Source: Synechococcales cyanobacterium VAR_4_metabat_354
Lineage (GTDB): Bacteria > Cyanobacteriota > Cyanobacteriia > Cyanobacteriales > Chamaesiphonaceae
DNA: 64,000 bases
Assembly: GCA_031414775.1 (NCBI GenBank)
Contig: JANOQI010000016.1
Location: 224,001 to 288,000 of the forward strand
Reading direction: 5' to 3'
Within the stretch, counting starts at the first letter, position 1. Every line of letters starts with the position of its first letter. The notes beneath the pieces are model-generated. The model was not told where the DNA came from. It saw nothing but the letters and a program-made list of their open reading frames with translations, and did not search any database. A program made the position numbers and the translations under genes. Positions 53,478-63,657 of the stretch are shown here, one piece after another.

Positions 53478-53509
53478 AAAACAAAAGACGCCGAATCAGC
53501 GTCTTTGTT
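53478..53509 (-). terminator. Intrinsic terminator after tRNA-Asp
   Basis: aaagacgc/gcgtcttt stem followed by a T-run on the minus strand. Confidence 0.65.
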
Positions 53510-53522
53510 AATTATCTATTTA

Positions 53523-53596
53523 CGGGATTGACGGGACTCGAACCCGCGACCTCTGCCGTGACAGGGCAGCGCTCTAACCAACTGAGCTACAATCCC
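53523..53596 (-). tRNA. trnD: tRNA-Asp(GUC)
   Basis: Reverse complement GGGATTGTAGCTCAGTTGGTTAGAGCGCTGCCCTGTCACGGCAGAGGTCGCGGGTTCGAGTCCCGTCAATCCCG; anticodon GTC. Confidence 0.97.
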
Positions 53597-53727
53597 AATT
53601 TTTCAGACATTTACGATTATCACTTGAATTTCTACGGCTGTCAAGAATTTCATAAAAATAAAGTTGTGATGTTCTCCACTAGGAGAGTGGCCAGTATTTT
53701 AAGTACTAGCCACCATTCTGAATATTT

Positions 53728-55284
53728 CTAATGTAAGAAATGGCGTTTGCCAGTAAATACCATTACTACTCCCAGTTCATTCGCCGCTACGATCGAATCT
53801 TGATCGCGCATACTGCCGCCCGGTTGGATAATGGCTGTAATGCCTGCTGCTGCTGCTGTTCGCACCGAGTCATCGAAGGGAAAAAAGCCATCGCTAGCTA
53901 AAATGGCATCCTGAGCCGCAGTTCCGGCTTGAGCTAAGGCAATTTGGGTAGAGCCGACTCGATTCATCTGGCCAGCACCGATCCCGATGGTGGCGGAGTT
54001 TTTACTAACCACAATCGCATTGGACTTCACATGCTTGGATACTTTCCAGGCAAAGAGGAGTTCTTGGAGTTGGTCGGCCGTAGGCTGTTGAGTGGTTACA
54101 ATTTGCCAGTCGGTGGTTAGCTCGATGGCATCATCGGCGGCTTGAAGCAAATAACCACCAGCGATCGCTTTGATTTGCATCGGACTCGGTGCCGTGAGGT
54201 CGGCCAGAGTCAGTACCCGCAGATTTTTTTTCGTGGCTAAAATTGCCAAGGCTTCAGGAGTACAATCTGGTGCCACAATACATTCCAGAAAAGTTTTGGT
54301 CAGGGAGGTAGCAGTGTCGGCATCGATCGATTGATTGAGAGCCACAATTCCCCCAAAAGCGGAGGTGGCATCAGCTAAATAGGCTTTTTCATAAGCTGCG
54401 AGCAAGGTATCACCTAAAGCTGTGCCACAGGGATTGTTATGCTTAATGATAGTGGCTGCTGGTCGATCGGGAAACTCAGTAATAATTTGCCGAGCCGCTT
54501 CTAAATCGACCAAGTTGTTATAGCTTAATTCTTTGCCCTGTAATTGAACAGCGGCTGCCCAGCCGGTAGCTGTGGCTCCGGTTCGATACCAAGCTGCTGG
54601 TTGATGTGGATTTTCGCCGTAGCGCAAAACCTGTTGCTGTTGACCAGTGGGGGGCTGATAAATAGTTGGTAGCTCTGATGACTCAGCGGATGGCTCAGCC
54701 TGAGATGCCAGGTAGACGGCGATTGCTTGGTCGTAGCTAGCGGTGTGACCAAAAGCTTCTAAAGCTTGGGCTTGGCGGAAAGAGCTGGTCGCTTGACCAT
54801 TATTATCGGTTAATTCTTGGAGATAGTTATAGTACTGATTGGGGTTGGTCAAAACAGTGAGATGGGCAAAGTTTTTGGCCGCTGCCCGAATCATGGCTGG
54901 GCCACCAATATCGATTTGTTCGATCGCCTCAGCCAGCGTGACATGGGGCTTGTTAATGGTTTCGGTGAAGGGGTAAAGATTGACGACTACTAGATCGATC
55001 GCCCGGATTCCTTGGGTGTCTAAGTCGGCTAGGTCGGTAGCTAAATCTTTCCGCGCCAAAATGCCACCATGAATTTTAGGATGTAGCGTTTTAACCCGCC
55101 CACCCAGAATTTCGGGAGCACCAGTATAGTCCGCCACCTTCGTGACTGGAATACCGGCAGCTTTCAGCGCTTGGGCGGTGCCACCGCTACTCACAATATC
55201 AAATTTAAATTGGTCTACCAACTGTCTAGCAAATTCGACGAGACCAGTTTTATTAGAAACACTCAACAACGCCAAAGGTGCCAT
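53728..55284 (-). CDS. purH: Bifunctional AICAR transformylase / IMP cyclohydrolase
   Basis: ALLSVSNK, GGRVKTLHP, IDIGGP, LRYGENPHQ, KHVKSNA, QPGGS..RHFLH. Confidence 0.98.
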   Translation of the reverse strand: MAPLALLSVSNKTGLVEFARQLVDQFKFDIVSSGGTAQALKAAGIPVTKVADYTGAPEILGGRVKTLHPKIHGGILARKDLATDLADLDTQGIRAIDLVVVNLYPFTETINKPHVTLAEAIEQIDIGGPAMIRAAAKNFAHLTVLTNPNQYYNYLQELTDNNGQATSSFRQAQALEAFGHTASYDQAIAVYLASQAEPSAESSELPTIYQPPTGQQQQVLRYGENPHQPAAWYRTGATATGWAAAVQLQGKELSYNNLVDLEAARQIITEFPDRPAATIIKHNNPCGTALGDTLLAAYEKAYLADATSAFGGIVALNQSIDADTATSLTKTFLECIVAPDCTPEALAILATKKNLRVLTLADLTAPSPMQIKAIAGGYLLQAADDAIELTTDWQIVTTQQPTADQLQELLFAWKVSKHVKSNAIVVSKNSATIGIGAGQMNRVGSTQIALAQAGTAAQDAILASDGFFPFDDSVRTAAAAGITAIIQPGGSMRDQDSIVAANELGVVMVFTGKRHFLH

Positions 55285-55318
55285 AAATTCTACAACTCTT
55301 CAAATTCAGAAGTTAACA

Positions 55319-55549
55319 TTATAGGCCGTGGGTAGGAGCAGCCTCTAAGTATTGGTTGCCAATTAGAAAATTGCCCCGATCGAACTTCACGGCCCAATGA
55401 TCGCCAGGGTGTCGATCGATCACCGTCCCGACTTCACCCAAACTAACTAATTGAGCTGGTCGCAACATCGGCATCGGATCAGCAGTTTTGACATAAGGCG
55501 GCAGCATAATAATTTTCACACTGGATCCGATCGCAAATTCTTTAGACAT
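55319..55549 (-). CDS. sipA: NblS-interacting regulatory protein SipA
   Basis: PPYVKTADPMPMLRP...GTVIDR..WAVKF.RG.FLI; start MSKEF at 55549. Confidence 0.85.
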   Translation of the reverse strand: MSKEFAIGSSVKIIMLPPYVKTADPMPMLRPAQLVSLGEVGTVIDRHPGDHWAVKFDRGNFLIGNQYLEAAPTHGL

Positions 55550-55587
55550 ATTTTCGGTGGTAATTATATTGACCCCCAAAAGCTCGT

Positions 55588-56778
55588 CTAAGGCTGCGGA
55601 GTAACCTTGAGCTGAGGCGGAGCCGTTGATTTTATGGCCGGTTTAGCATACTCTTGCTGGACAATCTTAGACGATTTCTGGATTAGCTCTACAGCTTGGT
55701 CATCACCACTGGGTCTGATCACCATAGCCGCCAACACATACTTTTGCTGTCCAGGTAACTCAATCAGTCCGACATCTGCCACTAAGCCAGCAATGTCACC
55801 AGTTTTGTGAGCGATTTTAGTTTTAGGCTCTAAACCCCCAGACAGCATCAGGTTACGGTTGGTTTTGGTTTTGCCCAACATCGCGAGCACCTGTCGCCGC
55901 GCAGTGGATGACAGTAAAGATCCCTGGTCGAGACGTTGCAACAGGTTAGCTAGCTCCCGAGGGCTAGAGACATTAGTCCCAGCGAAATCCGGTAAAAGAC
56001 TTTTGATGGTGGTATTGGCCAGCCCCCAACTCCGAAATTGGGTATTTAATTTATCTTGGCCACCTAAACGCTTAATTAACAAATTTGTCGCGGTATTGTC
56101 ATTGTCCACAATCATCTTAGTGGCACTGTCTAACACCGTAAACTTAGAACCCACTGGTTGCATGGCCATATCTCCATTACCAGCAGCGATCATTGATTTC
56201 TCAAACATCAACTTCTCATTTAGTTGCAGCTGTTGGCGATCGATCTGCTGAAATAAAGCAATCAAAATGGGGATTTTAATAGTACCTGCTGCTGGTATTT
56301 CACTAGTTCCCTGCACATCCACCATTTCTTTACTTGTCAAATTCAGTAACGATAAATGTAGCTTTAGCTGAGGATACTGAGCAGCTAGCTGTTGCAGCTT
56401 TTGTTTCAGCTCCGTATTTTCCTTTTTGAAAACAGCTGGACTTGTTAGCTTTTGTGCGGTGGGCGCAGATGTAGAATTCTTGGCGAGTAGCGGTCGGGGT
56501 AATGGTTGGACAATCGATAGGATCGTACCTGCAATTGTGCTGGCTCCCAGTAATCCAATTAGCAGTCGCACCAAATAAACATAGACAGGTACTAGCGTTG
56601 CGGGCTGCTCAATCTGTAGCTTTTTGGAGCGCATGAGCATGGCCTGACCAGTAATTGGCAACGCAATCCTTTGATTGCGCTGTATTCTGATGCGCTGAGC
56701 GTGCTTACGCTGTCGGCGGCGCAGCAATTTAGGCCATAACGAACGATTGATTTTGGAAGCTGGGAGGCGGCGCACCAT
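55588..56778 (-). CDS. Class A beta-lactamase-like serine hydrolase family protein, membrane anchored
   Basis: AAGTIK (G at the SxxK serine position), DNDNTATN, HKTG; N-terminal TM. Confidence 0.85.
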   Translation of the reverse strand: MVRRLPASKINRSLWPKLLRRRQRKHAQRIRIQRNQRIALPITGQAMLMRSKKLQIEQPATLVPVYVYLVRLLIGLLGASTIAGTILSIVQPLPRPLLAKNSTSAPTAQKLTSPAVFKKENTELKQKLQQLAAQYPQLKLHLSLLNLTSKEMVDVQGTSEIPAAGTIKIPILIALFQQIDRQQLQLNEKLMFEKSMIAAGNGDMAMQPVGSKFTVLDSATKMIVDNDNTATNLLIKRLGGQDKLNTQFRSWGLANTTIKSLLPDFAGTNVSSPRELANLLQRLDQGSLLSSTARRQVLAMLGKTKTNRNLMLSGGLEPKTKIAHKTGDIAGLVADVGLIELPGQQKYVLAAMVIRPSGDDQAVELIQKSSKIVQQEYAKPAIKSTAPPQLKVTPQP

Positions 56779-56826
56779 AAAGACCGTCTGATAAAGAACT
56801 GATTTTCTAGTCTATCATCAAAGAAT

Positions 56827-59800
56827 CTACCAAGCTTTTTTCGTCCCATGACGGGCTTGCTCGTAGCAGGCCAATGCTTCTGGAATCCGACCCAGCTGAC
56901 TCAAAACTCGTCCTCTATTGAACCAAGCCTCTTTCTCTTCTGGATCTAGTTCGATCGCTTGCTCATAACAGAATAAGGCATCGTCGAGTTTGTTTAGTTC
57001 TAGCAAGCAATTACCTCGATTGTTCCATGCTTGGGGCAAATCTGCTTTGATTTTGAGCGCTTCTTCGTAGCTATTCATCGCCGCCTCAAAATCTTGGGAC
57101 TGGAATAATAAATTGCCATGACGTAACCAGGCTGAAAAAAAGCTGGGCTGAATTCTTAACGCTTTTTCGAGGCTATCGATCGCCTCAGGATGCCGATGCA
57201 ATTTTTCTAATACCCCAGATTGCTGATACCAAACTTGGCTATCCCCACTCTCCAAACTTAGACTCCGTTGGAAGCAAGCCAACGCTTGCGGATGACGACA
57301 CAGCTGGTCGAATAAAGAACCCAAACTACCCCAAGCTACGGCACTTTGAGGAGCTATTTTGGTAGCTCGACGATAACTATGCAAAGCCGCTGTTGTCTCC
57401 CCTTGTTGTATCTGCACTAGTCCTTTCTGAATCCAAGACTGATAGTGATCAGGAGTGTAGTTTAAAACTTGATCATACGCTGCTAGGGCATCTTGCCAGC
57501 GGGCTGTCTGTTGCAGAGAAATCCCCCGCAAATAGTAAGCCTGACTTTCTGCTGGTTTCAGAGCTAGACAATTATCAAAACACACTAAAGCATCATCGTG
57601 TTGGTTTAGTTGTGCTAAAGCGATACCTCTATTAACCCATACCAAATGATCATGGGGATTAATTTCAGCACTTTGGACATAACATTCCATCGCTTCTTGC
57701 CATTGGTTGAGCTGTTGTAGTGCCAGCCCCCGATTATTCCAAGCACTTGCTTCCCGAGGTTTGATGGCCACGCAACGGGCGTGAGCCGCTGCAGCCTCCG
57801 CATAGCGCTGGAGATGAAATAATGCTTTACCCCGATTATTCCAGCCTTGGTGAAATTCCGGATGAATAGCTAACGCCCGATCGTAGCTATCAATTGCTTC
57901 GTGATAACGTTGTAAGCAGCCTAAAACATTGCCGTGGTTGTTCCAGGCACAGTAATCCTTGGGCGCTAATGCCAACACTTGCTGGTAGCTGGCTAAGGAT
58001 AGCTCTAATTTGTTTTGTCTGAATAAAATATTACCCTGCTGATACCAGGCCGGATGATGGTTGGGATTGATGGCTAAACATTCTTTGAAGCAATCCAGCG
58101 CTTCACTAAAACGCTCTTGCTGAAAGAAAATATTGCCCTGCTGGTGCCAAGCTAAGTAAAAATTGCACTGGCAGGACAAAGCACGCTGATAACTGGCTAG
58201 GGCATCATCAGAACGATCTAATACTGCTAGGAGATCACCCCGGTGAAACCAAGCTTCCGCATTCAATGGATCAATGTTGATCGATTGACGGTAGGCTGCC
58301 GTAGCTTCCACTAAACGGCCTAACTCAAAACAGCTACATCCCAAATACTGCCAGGCAATTGAAGCCTGACTACTCTGTTGTGACTTAGTCGCTAGGGCGA
58401 GACTAGCCACTGCGGCTGGAAAATGACCAAGGTGGTATTGAATGATGCCTAATTGTTGGATGTAGGCACCTTCATTTTCTACCAAAGAGAGAGCCTTTTG
58501 CACTGCGACTAAGGCATCCATCCACCGATTAGCTTTTCCTAGTACTATACTGTAGTGGTTCCAAACCAGGGCTTGCTTCCCATCGTAGCGTAAGGTTTGA
58601 ACATAAGCATCTACAGCTGCTGGCCACTGTTCCAATTTACTGAACATCTGAGCCTGATGGCACCAAGCAGTGAACAACTGTGCTGGTTGCTGGGCAATAT
58701 TAGTGGCATTTTGATAACAAGACAAAGCCTCAGGCCACCGACTCATCTGCACACAAGATTCACCATAACTCAAGAATAGATCGTAGTTGTCCGGTTGCAA
58801 CTGAGCAGCTTTGCCATAGCATTTGCTGGCATTTAACCATTGATTTTGCTGAGATAGAGCTTGTCCTTGCTGGTACCAGGCACTGCCAAAATCTGGCTGA
58901 ATTTCCGTAGCTCGCTGGAAAGCGGTGACGGCATCTGCCCACCGACCACTCTGGCTGAGCAAACTTCCTAAGCCATACCAACTAGTTTGATCCTGCGGCT
59001 CGTGAACCAGAGCTTGCTGGTAACAATCTAAAGACTCTTCGATCCGATCGATCTGTGCCAAAGCACTGGCTAAGTTGCGCCAAGCTGGATGATAGTCAGG
59101 CTTTAAGGTGGTTGCCCGCTGGTAGCTATCGATCGCCTCCACACTTTGACCCAAGTTGAGCAAAGCCAATCCCCGATCGTTCCAGCATTTAAAATCAGTC
59201 GGGACGATTGTCAAGGCTTGATTGTAGCTAGTGAGTGCTAGGTCGAAGCGCTGCAATTGCAAGAGAGCATTAGCTTGTTCACACCAGGCTAGTTGAATTC
59301 CTGAGTCGATTTGGATCGCTTTTCGATAGCTTTGCAAAGCATCTTCCTGGCTACCTATTTGCCAAAGGACATTACCGCGCTGGCACCAAACATCATAACT
59401 ACCTGGTGCTAATGCTGCCGCTCGGTCATAGTCAGCAATTGCCTCGGCATAGCGTTCTTGCTGGCAGAGGGCTTGACCTCTGCCTTGATAAGCTGGCGCG
59501 AATTCACTATTTTGAGCTAACACCTTGTCATAGTTAGCAATAGCATGTTCATAGCGACCCAACTCTCTTAGAGAATTGCCATGTTCATACCAAGCCTGAT
59601 AAAGCTGTGGATCGAGCTTTAATGACCGGTCGTAGCTAGCTAAAGACTCATTGTAGTTACCCAGCGTCGCTAACTCACATCCTTGCTCGTACCAGAATTC
59701 AGCCTGGTCTGGCAAGACATTAATGGCTTTTTGATAGCCAGCTAGCGCCTCTTGGTGCTGGCCCAGCTTTGACAGTGCTAGACTGCGGCCATACCAAAAC

Positions 59801-61689
59801 TCAGCATTACCATCGCTCAGAGCTAAAGCCCGATCAAAACTATCTAATGCTTTTTTCCAAGATTCCAAACTCAACAATAGCTTGCCATGGGATTGCCAAA
59901 GATAAGGATCTTGCGTTTCATATTGCAATGCGCTTTCAAAACTAGCCAGAGCTTCCGTTGTTTGGCCAATTTTGATCAAAGCTTTCCCTCGACTACACCA
60001 AGCTTGATAGTAATCTGGCTGTTGCTTAAGTGCTTTGTTATAGCAATCGACGGCTTCTGAGTAATGACCCAAATGCACTAAGATAAAGCCAAGATTATTC
60101 CAGCCCGGCGGATAATCTGACTTGATATTTAGACATTGCTCATAACTAGAGCGAGCTTGCTCTAACCGATTCAGCTCAAACAGAGCCATGCCACGATTAT
60201 ACCAGGCGCGATAGAACTGCGGTTGCAGCTGGAGAGTGTAGTCATAGCGAATGATCGCCTCCTCATAGTTACCCATCTGAAAGTAAGCTACTCCCAAGTT
60301 ATTCCAAGCCGTGTGCAAATCTGGTTGCACCTGGATCGCTTGCTGATAGCTGCGGATGGCTTCATCATATTGCTCTAACTTCGATAGAGCTTTACCTCGA
60401 TCGTTCCAAACTGCGGCATGGTAAGCATCTATGGCCAAGAATTGGTCATAAGAAGCTACCGCCTCTTCGTACTTCTCTAATTTGAATAAAGCTTTGCCCT
60501 GATTAAGACAGGTTTCCAAGTCATGATGCTGAACTTTGTGGTGGACTTGATTAACATGCTGAAAACACTCTAAGGCTTCTTGCTGCCGATCGAGTTGCAT
60601 CAGCAGATCTCCCCGCGCCGTCCAGCCCTCTAAAAACTGAGGAGCCAGACTAGTTACCTTTTCATAGTGCTCTAAGGCTAGTAAAGGCTGACCTAAATGT
60701 ACTAAAACATTGCCAGCATAATGCCAAGCCTGGTAAAAATCTGGTTGATGGATAACAGCTTGGTCATAGCAATGCAGCGCTTGAGATAACTCACCCAAAT
60801 AGAAATGGGTCTTGCCAAAATTCACCCAAGCTTGATGGAAATCTGGCTGAACCTTCACGGCTTTACCGTAAGCAGCCAAAGCTTTTTCAAACTTCTGCTG
60901 TTCAAACGAAACAACACCTAAATTATTCCAAGCTTGCGCGAACTTGGAATCAAAGTCGATGGCCTGTCGATAGCAGTCGGCGGCCTTGTCTAACTCCCCA
61001 AGTTGGCAAAGTACCTGACCAAAGTTATTCCAAGCATAAGGGTCTTCGGCATTGATGCTCAAACTACGCTCATAACAATGACGAGCTTCAGTCAACCGCC
61101 CTAAATTGAATAAAACCCAGCCACAATTACTCCAAATATGATAGTCATCGGGCTTAGTCTCCAAAACTTGATCGAAAGCAGCCAGGGCATCAGGATAAAG
61201 ACGCAACGATGTTAGAACTTGGGCGCGTTGCTCCCGCGAAAATTCATCTTGGTGATTAAGCTCTAAGCTCCGGTCAAAACTAGCTAGGGCATTTTGATAG
61301 TTTCCTAGTTGGCTTTCGATCCATCCCAAGTCTCCCCAAGCTGAATAATCATCGGGTAGCAGTGTGACTACTTTTTCGTAAGCGACACCAGCTTCTGGTA
61401 AGCGTTGCAAACCAACCAAACACCAGGCGATACTCTGCCAAGCTCTAGGCTGATGGGGCTGAATTGTTACTGCTTTTTGATAACAAGACAAGGCATATTC
61501 TAGCTGTCCAGCATCTCGATAAAAATTACCTTGATGGTACCAAGCTACTGGATCATCAATATCTATGGGTTTTGCAAAGCTGTCATTATTTGGTTTGATG
61601 ATGGTAGTATCACCCTCCACAGGTATTTCAGGGGGCACCATCGGCCTCGATTGGTTGGATGTGCCCCGATGCCATATTTTATTCAACAT
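56827..61689 (-). CDS. Giant tetratricopeptide-repeat protein (1620 aa)
   Basis: Continuous 34-aa TPR units (W..RG..L..L....EA...Y..A....P) over nearly the whole length. Confidence 0.93.
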   Translation of the reverse strand: MLNKIWHRGTSNQSRPMVPPEIPVEGDTTIIKPNNDSFAKPIDIDDPVAWYHQGNFYRDAGQLEYALSCYQKAVTIQPHQPRAWQSIAWCLVGLQRLPEAGVAYEKVVTLLPDDYSAWGDLGWIESQLGNYQNALASFDRSLELNHQDEFSREQRAQVLTSLRLYPDALAAFDQVLETKPDDYHIWSNCGWVLFNLGRLTEARHCYERSLSINAEDPYAWNNFGQVLCQLGELDKAADCYRQAIDFDSKFAQAWNNLGVVSFEQQKFEKALAAYGKAVKVQPDFHQAWVNFGKTHFYLGELSQALHCYDQAVIHQPDFYQAWHYAGNVLVHLGQPLLALEHYEKVTSLAPQFLEGWTARGDLLMQLDRQQEALECFQHVNQVHHKVQHHDLETCLNQGKALFKLEKYEEAVASYDQFLAIDAYHAAVWNDRGKALSKLEQYDEAIRSYQQAIQVQPDLHTAWNNLGVAYFQMGNYEEAIIRYDYTLQLQPQFYRAWYNRGMALFELNRLEQARSSYEQCLNIKSDYPPGWNNLGFILVHLGHYSEAVDCYNKALKQQPDYYQAWCSRGKALIKIGQTTEALASFESALQYETQDPYLWQSHGKLLLSLESWKKALDSFDRALALSDGNAEFWYGRSLALSKLGQHQEALAGYQKAINVLPDQAEFWYEQGCELATLGNYNESLASYDRSLKLDPQLYQAWYEHGNSLRELGRYEHAIANYDKVLAQNSEFAPAYQGRGQALCQQERYAEAIADYDRAAALAPGSYDVWCQRGNVLWQIGSQEDALQSYRKAIQIDSGIQLAWCEQANALLQLQRFDLALTSYNQALTIVPTDFKCWNDRGLALLNLGQSVEAIDSYQRATTLKPDYHPAWRNLASALAQIDRIEESLDCYQQALVHEPQDQTSWYGLGSLLSQSGRWADAVTAFQRATEIQPDFGSAWYQQGQALSQQNQWLNASKCYGKAAQLQPDNYDLFLSYGESCVQMSRWPEALSCYQNATNIAQQPAQLFTAWCHQAQMFSKLEQWPAAVDAYVQTLRYDGKQALVWNHYSIVLGKANRWMDALVAVQKALSLVENEGAYIQQLGIIQYHLGHFPAAVASLALATKSQQSSQASIAWQYLGCSCFELGRLVEATAAYRQSINIDPLNAEAWFHRGDLLAVLDRSDDALASYQRALSCQCNFYLAWHQQGNIFFQQERFSEALDCFKECLAINPNHHPAWYQQGNILFRQNKLELSLASYQQVLALAPKDYCAWNNHGNVLGCLQRYHEAIDSYDRALAIHPEFHQGWNNRGKALFHLQRYAEAAAAHARCVAIKPREASAWNNRGLALQQLNQWQEAMECYVQSAEINPHDHLVWVNRGIALAQLNQHDDALVCFDNCLALKPAESQAYYLRGISLQQTARWQDALAAYDQVLNYTPDHYQSWIQKGLVQIQQGETTAALHSYRRATKIAPQSAVAWGSLGSLFDQLCRHPQALACFQRSLSLESGDSQVWYQQSGVLEKLHRHPEAIDSLEKALRIQPSFFSAWLRHGNLLFQSQDFEAAMNSYEEALKIKADLPQAWNNRGNCLLELNKLDDALFCYEQAIELDPEEKEAWFNRGRVLSQLGRIPEALACYEQARHGTKKAW

Positions 61690-61822
61690 AATTATGCTGC
61701 TGAAGTAAGTCCTGTTTTTTGAACACTCTAGCTATTATTAATGTTTTCGAGATGCTTTGTTGGTTATATCTTCATCCAGATTTTATCATTGGCTGTATGT
61801 TTTGTCTTAAATCCATATCTTT

Positions 61823-62572
61823 ATGATCTTGAGTTCTACTGCTTATCTATTGCTAGCCCATGGTAGTCGCGATGCACGTACCACCACTGCTCTCAACCAG
61901 TTGACTAATGTCTGTAGTGCAAAATTAAAATTACTCAACACCGCGACACTCATTGGTACCGCTTATTTAGAATTGGCAGAACTACCGATTGTCGAGCAGC
62001 TGGTTTTATTTGCTAATCAAGCTATCCAGCAAAACTGCCAGCGGGTGAGAGTCTTACCGCTGTTTTTGGCTCCTGGCGTTCATGTTCTAGAAGATTTACC
62101 TAAAGCCATCCATCAGGCTCAAACCCAATTGTCAGATCGATCGCAATTGGAGCTACTACCTTATTTGGGAGCTAGCGCTGAGCTGCTCAAAATATTGCAA
62201 CATCACAGTCAGCAACTACCCGCTCACCAGATTTTTCTGGCTCATGGTAGCCAACAAGCTTCCGCTCAGGAGCTTCTGCTCACTATCGCTGCTAGCTTGA
62301 ATGCTACCCCAGCTTATTGGTCAGTCCAGCCTCACTTGCCAGAGCAAGTAAGCAAGCTAGCTGCCCACCATCTAAGCGAAATTGGGATCTTGCCCTACTT
62401 TTTATTTCCTGGTCGGATCAGTGCGGCAATTAGCGGAGTCATTAATGAGTTACAATCGCTTTTCCCGGATATTCAATTCCGATTTACCCAGGGCGAACTA
62501 GAAGCATCCCTGTTGTATAGAGATCCTCAACTTACTGACTTGTTGGTTCAGATGCTTCTGAATACCAATTGA
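61823..62572 (+). CDS. cbiX: Sirohydrochlorin chelatase CbiX/SirB
   Basis: AHGSRD, AYLEL, PLFLAPGVHV..DLP; second AHGS...PYFLFPG domain. Confidence 0.88.
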   Translation: MILSSTAYLLLAHGSRDARTTTALNQLTNVCSAKLKLLNTATLIGTAYLELAELPIVEQLVLFANQAIQQNCQRVRVLPLFLAPGVHVLEDLPKAIHQAQTQLSDRSQLELLPYLGASAELLKILQHHSQQLPAHQIFLAHGSQQASAQELLLTIAASLNATPAYWSVQPHLPEQVSKLAAHHLSEIGILPYFLFPGRISAAISGVINELQSLFPDIQFRFTQGELEASLLYRDPQLTDLLVQMLLNTN

Positions 62573-62607
62573 TTAAAAAACTACCGCAATTATCATTCAA
62601 TATATCG

Positions 62608-63342
62608 ATGGGTAAAGTTTATTTAGTAGGTGCTGGACCTGGCGATCCGGGCCTATTGACCATGAAAGCCTACCAGTTGTTAAGTCAGGCCGATATTGTC
62701 GTTTATGATGCCCTAGTCAGCCCCGAAATATTGGCGCTAATTGCTCCTACTGCCGAAAAAATTGACGCTGGGAAGCGGATGGGCAGGCATTCTTTGCTGC
62801 AAACGGATACTACCCGACTCCTAATTCAAAAAGCCCAACAGGCTGAAATTATTGTGAGGCTCAAAGGTGGGGATCCATTTATCTTTGGTCGGGGGGGAGA
62901 AGAAATGGCCGACTTGATGGCCGCTGGTATTGCCGTGGAAGTTGTGCCGGGAGTAACCGCTGGCATCGCCGCTCCAGCCTACGCTAACATTCCGCTCACC
63001 CACCGGGACTATAGTTCATCGGTCATTTTTGTGACTGGCCATGAGTCTGCTGGTAAATATCGACCAGCAGTTAATTGGACGGCGATCGCCCAGGCCGCTG
63101 AGACCATCGTGATTTATATGGGAGTGCACAATTTATCTTACATAGTCACTAAGTTACTTCAGTCCGGGCTACCTGCCGATCTGCCGATTGCCCTGATTCG
63201 GTGGGGGACTACTGCCCAGCAATCGGAGTTAATTGGTACCATCAGCACGATCGAACAACAGGTTCAGTTAACTAACTTTACTGCCCCGGCAGTAATAGTA
63301 GTGGGATCGATCGTCAATTTCCGTAAATTATTAGCCAAATAA
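62608..63342 (+). CDS. cobA: Uroporphyrinogen-III C-methyltransferase
   Basis: GKVYLVGAGPGDP, VYDALV, RLKGGDPFIFGRGGEE, VPGVTA, LTHR. Confidence 0.96.
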   Translation: MGKVYLVGAGPGDPGLLTMKAYQLLSQADIVVYDALVSPEILALIAPTAEKIDAGKRMGRHSLLQTDTTRLLIQKAQQAEIIVRLKGGDPFIFGRGGEEMADLMAAGIAVEVVPGVTAGIAAPAYANIPLTHRDYSSSVIFVTGHESAGKYRPAVNWTAIAQAAETIVIYMGVHNLSYIVTKLLQSGLPADLPIALIRWGTTAQQSELIGTISTIEQQVQLTNFTAPAVIVVGSIVNFRKLLAK

Positions 63343-63657
63343 ATTTGCTAAAATTGCATGCTACATAAAAGCTACAAATACAATTGTTTGTCTAATCATT
63401 ACAGTTCCGGCCACCAATATTCACCAGTGTTCCGGCCATAAGTCCGAAGACAAAATAATTTAACTGCGCTATATTGCTGAAGGCTGAAATACTTTTGATG
63501 CAAAAGTGTTTCTCAACACTATGATTATGGGCATGTTAATTAATAATATGGAAAACATCGCAGCCATTATCTTGTACAGTATCCACAAATAATTAGGTTT
63601 GTAGAGCTTGTAGTAAAAGAATTAGTTCAGTCCCGGACTGTGTTAGCAAATAAAATT

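Noticed and set aside
53528..53731. 67-aa ORF MTGLEPATSAVTGQRSNQLSY
   Set aside because: Antisense translation of tRNA-Asp
61690..61822. Cobalamin riboswitch upstream of cbiX-cobA
   Set aside because: Spacer is short and AT-rich with no B12-box or GGGAA core
63403..63438. GTTCCGGCCA repeated twice after cobA
   Set aside because: Only two 10-bp copies; too little to assign a function
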